A stretch of DNA of 64,000 bases. Source: Deltaproteobacteria bacterium (lineage in GTDB: Bacteria > UBA10199 > GCA-002796325 > JACPFF01). Positions 18,897 through 28,156 of this stretch are shown here, one piece after another. The position numbers and the translations under genes are program-made. Under the pieces are notes generated by a model. The model was not told the DNA's origin and did no database searches. It saw only the letters and a list, made by a program, of their open reading frames with translations. The DNA lies in NCBI GenBank assembly GCA_016183065.1, contig JACPFF010000017.1, positions 57,550-121,549 on the forward strand. The letters are read 5' to 3'. Positions within the stretch are counted from its first letter, which is position 1; every line of letters starts with the position of its first letter.

Positions 18897-19265
18897 ATTT
18901 CCATTGGTCATTTTGCGGGGCCTTGCTATCTCCTCTGTCCCATGGACCGGTTTGCTGTTGATGACCGTCGATTCGCGCACTGTTTTGCGGCGCAGCCCTA
19001 TCGACAATCTCCCTCGGGATTTGCGGCCCTGCGCAGTGCGGCGATTCTGGCCTGGTACCGCACTCTCCTGAGATGTGGTGCGTCATCAGAACTGCGGCAA
19101 CTGGCGGAGCACGTGCGTTGTGCGGTTGCCAGGGGGACGCTGGCGTGGAACTGCGGCAATGGGGCGCGGGTGTTGCGGTTTTTTTCGCGTCACCGCTGGC
19201 TGCAACGTCGATGGGCCCTCGGCCTGCAACAGCGACAGGTTGGGACGCAGGAGGGAGAGCCGATC

Positions 19266-19835
19266 ATGACGGTCGGGCAGATGACTCCGACCGCCCGCAT
19301 CGATAAGCCGTGGGGTTGGGAGCTCATTGGTCCGATTGTGCGCCCTGCTATTGGAGGGGCTCACGTCGCCCCCCCAACGGGCAAAGCCCGTTGGGTCCCC
19401 CCCTCTCGCGCGCGGTGCGCGCTGGGGGACTTCCTCGTCCACCCGCTTCGCGGGTGCCCGGACTCGGTCGCCGCCACAGACATGGCGACCGATGCTGGAT
19501 ACACCTATAAAATGTTGCTCATTGTCGGGCCGCTTTCGCGTCAAGTCCACACGCCGTATCACGACGCGACCGGGACGGCACACGGCGCAAAGGTCGAGAC
19601 GCAGATGTGCCTCGGGCCCGATCCCTATCTGATCCGGACCGCGGATGCGCTCTATCGGATCTGGCCCGGCGAGGCCTTTCACATCCCGGAGGGGCTATGG
19701 CATCAACCGACGGTGCTCCCTGGCGCGGCATCGTTTGTCGAAGAGGTCTCGACCCCCAATATCGGCCCTGGCAGCACCACGCGAGACCCGGACGGCGACC
19801 CGTGGGCGACCCAGCGGAGTCCGGGTGATCAATAG
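19266..19835 (+). CDS. Cupin-domain protein (ManC-type small cupin, KPWGWELI motif) carrying an in-frame insertion of palindromic element copy B
   Basis: GGAGGGA RBS before ATG 19266. KPWGWELIG is followed directly by about 50 codons translated from the repeat element, then the cupin sequence resumes at GYTYKMLLIVGP ... FHIPEGLWHQ. Confidence 0.5.
   Translation: MTVGQMTPTARIDKPWGWELIGPIVRPAIGGAHVAPPTGKARWVPPSRARCALGDFLVHPLRGCPDSVAATDMATDAGYTYKMLLIVGPLSRQVHTPYHDATGTAHGAKVETQMCLGPDPYLIRTADALYRIWPGEAFHIPEGLWHQPTVLPGAASFVEEVSTPNIGPGSTTRDPDGDPWATQRSPGDQ
19343..19492. mobile_element. GC-rich multi-hairpin palindromic element, copy B, inserted in-frame (about 150 nt) within the cupin gene
   Basis: CTATTGGAGGGGCTCACGTCGCCCCCCC / CCCAACGGG-CAAAG-CCCGTTGGG / GCGCGC-ggt-GCGCGC / CACCCGC-ttc-GCGGGTG hairpins. 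Confidence 0.65.
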
Positions 19836-19959
19836 AGGGCTCTCCCGCATTAGATTCACGGACAACTTGAGAAGCTCAATCTATTCTATACGTTGTTTTA
19901 TATGCACTTAATTTACTAATTTTAATTGACATTTTCTATTTTTTATCTATTCTAAATGA

Positions 19960-21348
19960 ATGCCGAAGGCCAAAATTCTGGATCAACCCTTCCTTCTTGA
20001 AACACTGCTGAAATTCCTGTCGAGCCGGGGACCAACGAAGGCGAAGGACTTGTGTGCATGGCTCAAGATCAGCCAGCCCGCTTTCTCACGCCTTGTTGCA
20101 CGAGGGAAAGACGCGATTCTCCGTATGGGGCATGGCCCACATACGGAGTATGCGTGCAGGAGGATTGGGGGTTGGGGTGCATCGAGGATTCCCCTCTTTG
20201 CCATTGATGAGGAGGGGATTTTACGTCGTGTCGCCACCATACATCCCATTGCGCCTCAAGGCATTTACCTTGAGGCCGAAAGTGAAAACTTTCGTACCAA
20301 AACTTATCCCAATCTTCCGTACTTCCTTGAAGACTTGCGCCCATCAGGATTTTTGGGACGACTGGTGCCGCGACTCTATCCAGATCTCGGTTTTCCAGAC
20401 GATATTGCGCGGTGGACCGATGACGATTGCCTTGTCTATCTGACGCATTGTGGATGGAATCTCGTGGGAAATTATATTCTGGGGGAAAAAGCGTACGATG
20501 CGTATGTGAAAGCCGACATCACGCGATTGAATGTGGTCGAGGACCCTGATCGTGCAACGTGCTACCCGCAGATTGCCGCGCTGGTGTTGTCGCAAGGTCT
20601 TCCGGGGTCCTCTGCTGCAGGAGAACAACCAAAATTCCTTGCGATCCGGAAGACCCAAGACGGATGCGTGCCCGTGCTTGTGAAATTTTCACCCCCCATT
20701 CTCGATACCCTCAGCCAACGCGTTGCCGACCTGTTGATTTGCGAGCATATCGCGCATTCAGTCTTGAGAAGGCATGGCAAAACCGCTTCACAATCTTGCC
20801 TGATCAGGGGAGGGGAGCGTCTTTTTTTGGAGATCGAACGTTTTGACCGCGCTCGTCTTGGGGGGCGCCGGGGCGTCATCTCGCTCCACGCCCTGGACCT
20901 CGAGTTTGTTGGCCAACACCGCTCGTGGGCGGAGACGGCCGAGGCGTTATGGCATCAAAAAAAGATTGATTATGAGGCCTACGAGACGATCGTTTGGCTC
21001 GACGTCTTTGGGAAGTTGATCGGCAACTCGGATCGGCATCACGGCAACATCGCCTTTTTCTGCACCGGCGAAATCATCGGCGGCTTGGCGCCAACGTACG
21101 ACATGTTGCCCATGATGTATGCGCCGCAACACCACCAGTTGGTCGAGAAGTCTTTTGACCCCGCTCCCCCGAGATTTTTTGAACGCGCGGTCTGGGACGA
21201 CGCTGTCGCCGCTGCCAGGGACTATTGGATCCAAGTGCAGGCGCATGCAGAGCTCTCCGATCTGTTTCGCACAGTAGCGGCCAATCATGCGGCAACACTC
21301 ACAAAGACTCTGTCATTTTCCCTTGGCACTCCGCAAGGGAGCCGCTAG
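19960..21348 (+). CDS. HipA-like kinase with fused N-terminal HTH domain (YjjJ/HipH-like)
   Basis: N-terminal LKISQPAFSRLVA HTH resembling YjjJ. C-terminal LIGNSDRHHGNIAFF HipA catalytic motif. 120-nt AT-rich promoter region upstream. Confidence 0.7.
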   Translation: MPKAKILDQPFLLETLLKFLSSRGPTKAKDLCAWLKISQPAFSRLVARGKDAILRMGHGPHTEYACRRIGGWGASRIPLFAIDEEGILRRVATIHPIAPQGIYLEAESENFRTKTYPNLPYFLEDLRPSGFLGRLVPRLYPDLGFPDDIARWTDDDCLVYLTHCGWNLVGNYILGEKAYDAYVKADITRLNVVEDPDRATCYPQIAALVLSQGLPGSSAAGEQPKFLAIRKTQDGCVPVLVKFSPPILDTLSQRVADLLICEHIAHSVLRRHGKTASQSCLIRGGERLFLEIERFDRARLGGRRGVISLHALDLEFVGQHRSWAETAEALWHQKKIDYEAYETIVWLDVFGKLIGNSDRHHGNIAFFCTGEIIGGLAPTYDMLPMMYAPQHHQLVEKSFDPAPPRFFERAVWDDAVAAARDYWIQVQAHAELSDLFRTVAANHAATLTKTLSFSLGTPQGSR

Positions 21349-21357
21349 AAGCCGCGC

Positions 21358-22599
21358 ATGTCGTCGTTTCGAGTTCTCCATACCAGTGCTGAGACGGCCG
21401 GGCGCCTTGGGGAACTCACCACGGCCCGCGGGTGCATTGAGACGCCGGTCTTTATGCCGGTCGGGACGCAGGCGACCGTGAAGGCGATGACGCCGGACGA
21501 GCTGCAATCGCTCGGTGTCCGGATCATCCTCGGCAACACCTATCATCTCATGCTCCGTCCCGGGCACGAATTGATCCGGGCACACGGGGGACTCCACGAC
21601 TTCATGCAGTGGCATGGGCCGATTCTGACGGATAGTGGTGGATACCAGATCTTCAGTCTCGGGCGGGTGGCCGGAGAGCGCCGGGCGACGACGCAGTCGG
21701 CGGGGTGCCGGGGGAGCGGGGCGGCAACACCGTCGGCGGGTCGACGTCGTGGAGAGGCGATCAACGCGATCCCCATCGCCGTCGATCTCTCCGAAGAGGG
21801 CGTCCGCTTCACGTCGTCGCTCGATGGCGGCCAGGACCATTTCTTGACCCCGGAATCGGCCATTGCCATCCAGGAGGCGCTGGGGAGCGACATCATGATG
21901 GTCCTCGACGAGTGTCTGGCCTATCCCGCGACAAAAGCTGCGGCGCGGACCTCCATGGAGCTGTCGTTGCGATGGGCCACGCGAGGTTTGCGGGCGCGGA
22001 CCCGACCGGAGCGGCTTCTGTTCGGCATCATCCAGGGGGGGATCTATCCCGCCTTGCGAAAGGAATATGTCGAGAGACTCTTATCCGTGGAGTGCGCGTC
22101 GTCGCGTTTCGATGGCCTGGCCATTGGCGGGCTCTCCGTGGGCGAGCCGAGCGAACTCCTCTATGCAATGACTGCCGGCACGGCCGCACATCTCCCGGCG
22201 GAGCGCCCCCGCTATTTGATGGGCGTTGGCACGCCGGAAGACCTCCTGACCTGCATTGATGCCGGGATCGACATGTTCGATTGTGTCCTGCCAACGCGGA
22301 GCGCGCGGACCGGCCGGCTCTATACCCGCCGCGGCGATCTCAACATCATGAACAGTCGCTTTGCCACCGAGCGTACGCCGCTCGACAGCGCGTGCGCATG
22401 TCCGACGTGCCAGCGCTATTCGCGGGCTTATCTCCATCACCTTGCGAAATCACACGAGATTCTCGGTGCACGCCTCAATACACTTCATAATTTACATTTC
22501 TATATGCGTCTGCTAGAGGGCGCCCGTCAGGCGTTGCGGGGCGGATACTATCCTCGATACCGAATGGACGTCATCGAGCACCGGAAGGAAGGGGTCTAA
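21358..22599 (+). CDS. tgt: Queuine tRNA-ribosyltransferase (tRNA-guanine transglycosylase) with about 35-aa Arg/Gly/Ala-rich insertion
   Basis: Tgt motifs IETPVFMPVGTQATVK, LGNTYHLMLRPG, LDECLAYP, zinc site CxCxxC...H (CACPTCQRYSRAYLHH). Insertion between YQIFSLG and EEGVRF. Confidence 0.85.
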   Translation: MSSFRVLHTSAETAGRLGELTTARGCIETPVFMPVGTQATVKAMTPDELQSLGVRIILGNTYHLMLRPGHELIRAHGGLHDFMQWHGPILTDSGGYQIFSLGRVAGERRATTQSAGCRGSGAATPSAGRRRGEAINAIPIAVDLSEEGVRFTSSLDGGQDHFLTPESAIAIQEALGSDIMMVLDECLAYPATKAAARTSMELSLRWATRGLRARTRPERLLFGIIQGGIYPALRKEYVERLLSVECASSRFDGLAIGGLSVGEPSELLYAMTAGTAAHLPAERPRYLMGVGTPEDLLTCIDAGIDMFDCVLPTRSARTGRLYTRRGDLNIMNSRFATERTPLDSACACPTCQRYSRAYLHHLAKSHEILGARLNTLHNLHFYMRLLEGARQALRGGYYPRYRMDVIEHRKEGV

Positions 22600-22600
22600 C

Positions 22601-22942
22601 ATGATGTTACTTCTTGCCGCACAAGGCGGCCAGCCGCAGGGGAATCTCTTTTCGATGCTGCTCCCCATGCTTCTCGTCTTTGCCGTCTTTTATTTTCTGC
22701 TGATCCGGCCACAACAGAAACAGGCGAAGAAACATCAGCAGATGTTGACCACGCTGCGCACCGGGGACGATGTGGTCACGCGAAGTGGTATTCATGGGCG
22801 TGTCACCGCCATTGAAGAGGGGATCTGCTCGGTGGAAATCGCGACCAATGTCCGGGTGCGGATGAATAAAGACCAGATTGCGCTCGTCAAAAATCTCGAT
22901 GCGACACCGGAGAAGAAATCGCAAAAACTCTCCGCGGTCTAA
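22601..22942 (+). CDS. yajC: Preprotein translocase subunit YajC
   Basis: Single TM plus LIRPQQKQAKKHQQMLTTLRTGDDVVTRSGIHGRV typical YajC. Confidence 0.85.
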   Translation: MMLLLAAQGGQPQGNLFSMLLPMLLVFAVFYFLLIRPQQKQAKKHQQMLTTLRTGDDVVTRSGIHGRVTAIEEGICSVEIATNVRVRMNKDQIALVKNLDATPEKKSQKLSAV

Positions 22943-22996
22943 GGGCGCAGCAGGGTTCCACGCGCGTGCGCGTGAGTTTCTCATGGATGACGGTGC

Positions 22997-24757
22997 ATGG
23001 ATAGCGGGCTCAAATGGAAGACCATTGGCATTCTGGCCACAATTGTGGTCGGGTCGTACCTTTTGTTGCCGACATTTTTGCAGGTGCCGGAACGGCGTGC
23101 CGCGTTTGAAGAGGCGGGGAAGGCCCTGCCGTTTTACTACCGGCTTCTGCCGGAAAAGGCCCTGAAACTCGGGCTCGATCTTCGCGGCGGGATTTATGTC
23201 GAGCTCGAAGTGGAACTCGAGGAGGCCGTTGTCCGCAAGACCGACATCCTTGGCGAGGACCTGCGGCGAGACCTCGAGGGGGAGGAAGCCACCATCGAGA
23301 CCATTGCCCAGCCGCAGTTGGGGCACCTCGAGGTGACGTTTCCGTCCGCAGCAGATTTTTCGGCCTTTGAGAAGATCCATGCGCGCTATTATCGCCGTGT
23401 CTTTGCCATCCGGGACGTCACCGAAGCGGCCGACAAACGGATTGCGCAGCTGGTCCTCACCGATGAGTATCGGAAGAATCTGAAAGACGATGTCGTTGCC
23501 CAGGCCACGGACTCGGTCCGAAACCGGATCAACCGCTATGGCGTGGGAGAGCCGGACATCCGGCAGCAGGGGGTGAACCGGATTGCCATCGAGCTCCCCG
23601 GGTTGAAAGACCCCGAGCGCGCCCTGCAACTGATCAAACGGACGGGACAGCTCGAACTCCGCCTGATCCCCGCTGTTAACACGTCGGCGGCGTTTGATGC
23701 CCAGCAGGAGCAGCTGCAGCTGCAGGTGGCCAAGGTGCGTCAGGAAGAGAAGATCCCCGAGAACGATTGGACGCTGGAAACCACGCAGCGGATCAATGCA
23801 GCCCTCCAGAAGGAATTGCCCGAAGGGACGGCCATCCTCTTCGGTCTGGTGCGGAATCCGCAGACACACGAGGTGATTCGCGGGATCCCCTATCTTGTCG
23901 AGGCCAAGGCGCGGGTGACCGGTGACATGCTGACCAACGCCTATGTCACGGTCGACGGCAATGAACCGAAGGTCGCGTTTGCGCTCAACAAGCAGGGGGC
24001 AAAGATCTTTGCGGAGATCACGAAGGCGCACGTGAAGGAATTTTTTGCGATTATCCTCGACGATACGGTGATGTCCGCCCCGCAAATCCGAGAACCGATT
24101 GTGCAGGGGAGCGGGGTTATTACGCTCGGTACGGGGGATTTTGACTCGCTCAATCGCGAGGCGCGCGATCTGGCGTTGATCCTCCAGGAAGGTGCGTTAC
24201 CGGCCACGCTGACCGAGGCCGCAAAAATGGTGGTCGGTCCGAGCCTCGGCGCGGACCTGATTGCCCAGGGGTTTCGCGCCACGTGGATTGCGGCGCTTGC
24301 AGTGGTGATTTTTATGCTCTTCTATTATCGCATCTCTGGCGTGATTGCGGACCTGGCGCTGGTCGTCAATGTCATCCTGATCCTGGCCATTCTGACGCTC
24401 TTTGAGGCCACACTGACCCTGCCGGGTATTGCGGGGATCGTGCTGACCATCGGAATGGCGGTCGATGCCAATGTCATCATCAATGAGCGGATCAAGGAAG
24501 AATTGCGTCTTGGCAAGCCCCACCGCGATGCCATTGCTGAAGGCTATGCCAATGCCAAGCGCGCCATCCTCGACTCGAATGTGACGACCCTGATTGCGGG
24601 AATCGTCCTCTACCAATTCGGAACCGGGGCGATCAAGGGGTTTGCCGTGACACTCTGTGTCGGCATTGTCACGACCTTGTTGACCGGGGTGGTCTTCTCG
24701 CGCGTGGGATTTGAGTGGTTGTGGATTCGGCGCCGCGTGGCGCGCATCAGTATTTAA
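22997..24757 (+). CDS. secD: Protein translocase subunit SecD
   Basis: N-terminal TM, periplasmic domain, C-terminal six-TM SecD/SecF/RND region. Gene order yajC-secD-secF. Confidence 0.9.
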   Translation: MDSGLKWKTIGILATIVVGSYLLLPTFLQVPERRAAFEEAGKALPFYYRLLPEKALKLGLDLRGGIYVELEVELEEAVVRKTDILGEDLRRDLEGEEATIETIAQPQLGHLEVTFPSAADFSAFEKIHARYYRRVFAIRDVTEAADKRIAQLVLTDEYRKNLKDDVVAQATDSVRNRINRYGVGEPDIRQQGVNRIAIELPGLKDPERALQLIKRTGQLELRLIPAVNTSAAFDAQQEQLQLQVAKVRQEEKIPENDWTLETTQRINAALQKELPEGTAILFGLVRNPQTHEVIRGIPYLVEAKARVTGDMLTNAYVTVDGNEPKVAFALNKQGAKIFAEITKAHVKEFFAIILDDTVMSAPQIREPIVQGSGVITLGTGDFDSLNREARDLALILQEGALPATLTEAAKMVVGPSLGADLIAQGFRATWIAALAVVIFMLFYYRISGVIADLALVVNVILILAILTLFEATLTLPGIAGIVLTIGMAVDANVIINERIKEELRLGKPHRDAIAEGYANAKRAILDSNVTTLIAGIVLYQFGTGAIKGFAVTLCVGIVTTLLTGVVFSRVGFEWLWIRRRVARISI

Positions 24758-24800
24758 GACCCGAAACAGAATGCGTTGCGGGTTCTGAAGGCCGGTATCG

Positions 24801-25742
24801 ATGAATCAGATGGCGAGTCACATGGCGGCAATGCCCCACCAACAACGGCGGATTTTCGACTTCATGAAACTCCGTTCCGTGATGATGACGCTTTCCTTTC
24901 TGGCGGTCTCTGTCGCTGTCGTGATTATTGCCCAGCGCGGCATCAATTACGGGATCGACTTCCTTGGTGGCCTCAAATTGACCTACCAGTTTGTCGATGC
25001 CACGCAGGAGGTGAGCGATGGTGCCATCCAGAAGCTCCTGGGTGACAAGGGGATTGTCGCCCAGGTGCAACGCTTTGGTGGAGAGAAAACGGTTGCGCGC
25101 TATCTGGTGAAGGTCAAGGCGCCGAATGTTCCGCAGGAGGAGTTGATTGCCAGCATCACGAGCACGCTCACCGAGGCCTTTGGGCCAAAGACCCTGCTGG
25201 AGGGGGAAGAGACGGTGGGGCCGAGTGTCGGGCGCGAACTCCGCATCAAAGGGGAGAAGACGGTGCTCTATATCCTCATTGCCATGCTTCTCTACATCGG
25301 CTTTCGATTCGATTTTCTCTTTGCGCCCGGAGCGGTCATTGCGCTGATCCACGATGTCACTATTACACTCGGGGTATTGGCATTCTTGGGCATTGAATAT
25401 AATCTCACGATTCTGGCCGCCTTGTTGACGATTGCGGGCTATTCCATCAACGACACGATCATTGTCTACGACCGCATTCGGGAGCATGCGAAGGCCGTCA
25501 CGCCTGAAACAGTGGGTGCCGTGATCAATCGGAGTTTAAGTGAGACGCTGCCGAGAACCCTCCTCACGTCGTTGACGACGTTGGTCGCTGTGGGCGTTTT
25601 GTGGCTGATTGCGGGTGGCGATATCGAGAACTTTGCGTTCACCTTCATGATCGGCATTATCGTCGGGACCTATTCGAGCATCTACATTGCTTCGCCACTC
25701 TATAGTTCCCTCTATCGGAAATGGCCATCGAAGCGGGCATGA
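24801..25742 (+). CDS. secF: Protein translocase subunit SecF
   Basis: FDFMKLR start motif region. SecF TM core. Follows secD. Start ambiguous (24801 to 24864). Confidence 0.85.
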   Translation: MNQMASHMAAMPHQQRRIFDFMKLRSVMMTLSFLAVSVAVVIIAQRGINYGIDFLGGLKLTYQFVDATQEVSDGAIQKLLGDKGIVAQVQRFGGEKTVARYLVKVKAPNVPQEELIASITSTLTEAFGPKTLLEGEETVGPSVGRELRIKGEKTVLYILIAMLLYIGFRFDFLFAPGAVIALIHDVTITLGVLAFLGIEYNLTILAALLTIAGYSINDTIIVYDRIREHAKAVTPETVGAVINRSLSETLPRTLLTSLTTLVAVGVLWLIAGGDIENFAFTFMIGIIVGTYSSIYIASPLYSSLYRKWPSKRA

Positions 25743-27517
25743 CGCAGTCGCACTGTTTGCGAACGTTCACGTATGGCACCATCATGGCACGCTGGCAGGT
25801 GGCACAGTCCGATCCGGAACTCCAAGACCGTTTGGTCGGCCCACTCGGCATCTCCCCCATTACGGCGCAGGTCCTGATCAATCGTGGTATCGTCGATCCG
25901 GATCTGGCGGACCGTTTTCTCCACCCCACCCTCCACCAGCTGCACGATCCGTTTCTCCTCCCCGACATGGAACAGGCCGTCACCCGGCTGATGACGGCGA
26001 TTGCGCAGCGCGAGGCCATCGTGATCTGCGGGGATTACGACACGGACGGCGTGTGCGGGGCGGCGCTCCTCTGGCGGTTCTTCCGCATGGTCGGTGCGCA
26101 GGTGGGGGTCGATATCCCCCATCGGAGCGACGGGTACGGGTTGCAGGTCGAGACGGTCCGTCGTCTGCACGCCGGCGGGGCGCAATTGCTGGTGACGATC
26201 GACAACGGATCGACGGCGCGTGATGCCCTGGCAGAGGCCGCGCGATTGGGAGTCCCTGTGCTGGTGACCGATCACCATGAGCCGGGAGCCTCATTGCCGC
26301 CGGCAGTGGCAGTGATCAATCCCAAGCGGGCGGAGAGTCGATATCCATTTCGGGGGTTGTGCGGTACCGGAGTGGCCTTCAAGCTGATCATGGCCCTGCG
26401 CCAGCGCTTGCGCGCCTGCGGCTGGTTTGAGTCGTGCACGGAACCGAACCTGCGCCCATTGCTCGACCTGGTGGCGGTGGCGACCGTGGCCGATGTCGTC
26501 CCGTTGATCGACGAAAACCGGTTGCTGGTCGCGGTGGGGATGCGCCAACTCGCGCAGAGTGCGTGGGCCGGTCTGCGTGCCCTCATGGAGGTGGCGCAGA
26601 TCGATCCGACGCGGCTGTCGACCTACACACTCGGTTTCCAGATCGGTCCACGCCTGAATGCGGCCGGTCGCATGGCGCATGCACAGACTGCGGCCGAGCT
26701 CCTCATGACCGATGATGCCGCAACGGCCGTGCGCCTGGCCCAGGAAGTCCATACACTGAATACCGAGCGCCAGGCCACAGAACAGGCCATCCGGACGGCA
26801 GTCGATGTCCGGCTGCAGCAACGAGGTGATGTGTCGGTCCGGTCTTCCATTGTCATGGCAGACCCCGCGTGGCCATCCGGCGTGATCGGCATTGTGGCCG
26901 GGCGGATCGCCGAGCAGTATCGACTCCCGACGATTTTGATCGGGATCGAGGGTGAATGGGGGAGAGGATCGGCCCGCAGTGTCGGGAATTTTCCACTCCT
27001 CGAGGCCATTGCCGCGTGCGCACAACATCTGGAGCGGTATGGCGGCCACCGTGCTGCCGCAGGCGTCACGGTGCGTGCGGAGTGGGTCGACGCCTTTGCA
27101 GGGCGTTTTGAGGAGGAGGCGACCATGCGGTTGACCGCAGCGGATCGTGAAAAACAGCTGAGCGTCGATGCACTCGTTGTGCCGGAGTCGCTGAGCCTTG
27201 CGTTGGCACAGGAGTTGGCGCAGTTGGGCCCGTTCGGTCTTGGCAATCCGGAGCCGCTCCTGTTGTTGCAACAACAGGTGGTGATCCGGCGGCGGATCGT
27301 GGGGCGTAATCACCTGCAGTTGCACTTGCAGGGGAATCCGCAGCCGTTGCAGGCCATTGCCTTTTCACATGGCGAACATCCTGCCGCTGCGGCTGAGTGT
27401 CTCGATTTGGTGTTTACACCGACCCCGAACACGTGGAATGGTTCGGTGCAGCTCCAATTGCAGGTCCGTGATCTGCGGGCCGCAGAAAGGAGGGAGAAAA
27501 TTGACACAGTGCGTTAA
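25739..27517 (+). CDS. recJ: Single-stranded-DNA-specific exonuclease RecJ
   Basis: DHH motifs (IVICGDYDTDGV, LVTDHH), DHHA1 GGGHRAAAG region. ATGA overlap with secF stop. Confidence 0.9.
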   Translation: MTQSHCLRTFTYGTIMARWQVAQSDPELQDRLVGPLGISPITAQVLINRGIVDPDLADRFLHPTLHQLHDPFLLPDMEQAVTRLMTAIAQREAIVICGDYDTDGVCGAALLWRFFRMVGAQVGVDIPHRSDGYGLQVETVRRLHAGGAQLLVTIDNGSTARDALAEAARLGVPVLVTDHHEPGASLPPAVAVINPKRAESRYPFRGLCGTGVAFKLIMALRQRLRACGWFESCTEPNLRPLLDLVAVATVADVVPLIDENRLLVAVGMRQLAQSAWAGLRALMEVAQIDPTRLSTYTLGFQIGPRLNAAGRMAHAQTAAELLMTDDAATAVRLAQEVHTLNTERQATEQAIRTAVDVRLQQRGDVSVRSSIVMADPAWPSGVIGIVAGRIAEQYRLPTILIGIEGEWGRGSARSVGNFPLLEAIAACAQHLERYGGHRAAAGVTVRAEWVDAFAGRFEEEATMRLTAADREKQLSVDALVVPESLSLALAQELAQLGPFGLGNPEPLLLLQQQVVIRRRIVGRNHLQLHLQGNPQPLQAIAFSHGEHPAAAAECLDLVFTPTPNTWNGSVQLQLQVRDLRAAERREKIDTVR

Positions 27518-27526
27518 TTTTGTTAT

Positions 27527-27546
27527 GGGTACTCTTATGAGTACCC
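27527..27546. repeat. Perfect 20-bp palindrome GGGTACTCTTATGAGTACCC between recJ stop and next gene start
   Basis: Exact dyad symmetry. Sits 10 nt after the recJ stop, abutting the ATG at 27548. Confidence 0.6.
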
Positions 27547-27547
27547 T

Positions 27548-28156
27548 ATGGACACCTCTAAAAAGGTTATCCCTTTGATCGCCGGGATCGAGCAGTTGCT
27601 GAGCGTACAGGACATTCGGAGGAATCATATGCCAAAAAAATCAACAAAAACAACTCAATCAAGGGCAAAATCCCCCAAGAAATTGCCGAGGAGATCACGC
27701 AAGAAACCGCCGGTGGAGCGGACGGGCGAACGGCTCGAGCAGTGGGTGAACCAGTTGCAGGGGACGGCCGAAGACTGGGTGGCCTTTGCCTCCATGCAGC
27801 GGGCCCGTGTCCTGCGGGAAGTGCGGGATTTGTGCGAAGAAATTGTCGAGCGGATTGCAGCCGTCCCTATTTTTGCCCATCGCGATGATCTGATCAAGGA
27901 GGCCCGTCACTGCCTGGATGGCCTCGTGCAACGTCTCAATACGACTGTGCTGATCGACAAGGCGCTCGATTCGGCGCGGCATACGCGGAAAGAATTGCTC
28001 TCCCTCTTGAGTATTCCGACGCAGCGCGAACTCAAAACGTTGCAGCAGAAATTGAATCGCATTGAATCGCGTTTGGGGGACCTGCAACAGGAAGCGGTGG
28101 AGAAAAAGGCCCGCCGTTCCGAAGCGACTCCACCGCGCTCTTCGTCGATAGAATGA
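27548..28156 (+). CDS. Hypothetical basic protein with Lys/Arg-rich N-terminal tail and coiled-coil C-terminus (phasin-like or H1-like), translationally coupled to queC
   Basis: KKSTKTTQSRAKSPKKLPRRSRKKPP tail. Heptad-like C-terminal region. Stop overlaps the queC ATG (ATGA). Confidence 0.45.
   Translation: MDTSKKVIPLIAGIEQLLSVQDIRRNHMPKKSTKTTQSRAKSPKKLPRRSRKKPPVERTGERLEQWVNQLQGTAEDWVAFASMQRARVLREVRDLCEEIVERIAAVPIFAHRDDLIKEARHCLDGLVQRLNTTVLIDKALDSARHTRKELLSLLSIPTQRELKTLQQKLNRIESRLGDLQQEAVEKKARRSEATPPRSSSIE

Noticed and set aside
18942-19265. N-terminal 108 codons of ORF 18942-19835
   Set aside because: Arg/Ala-rich and non-protein-like. A good RBS (GGAGGGA) precedes the internal ATG at 19266 where cupin homology begins, so the upstream part is treated as non-coding.
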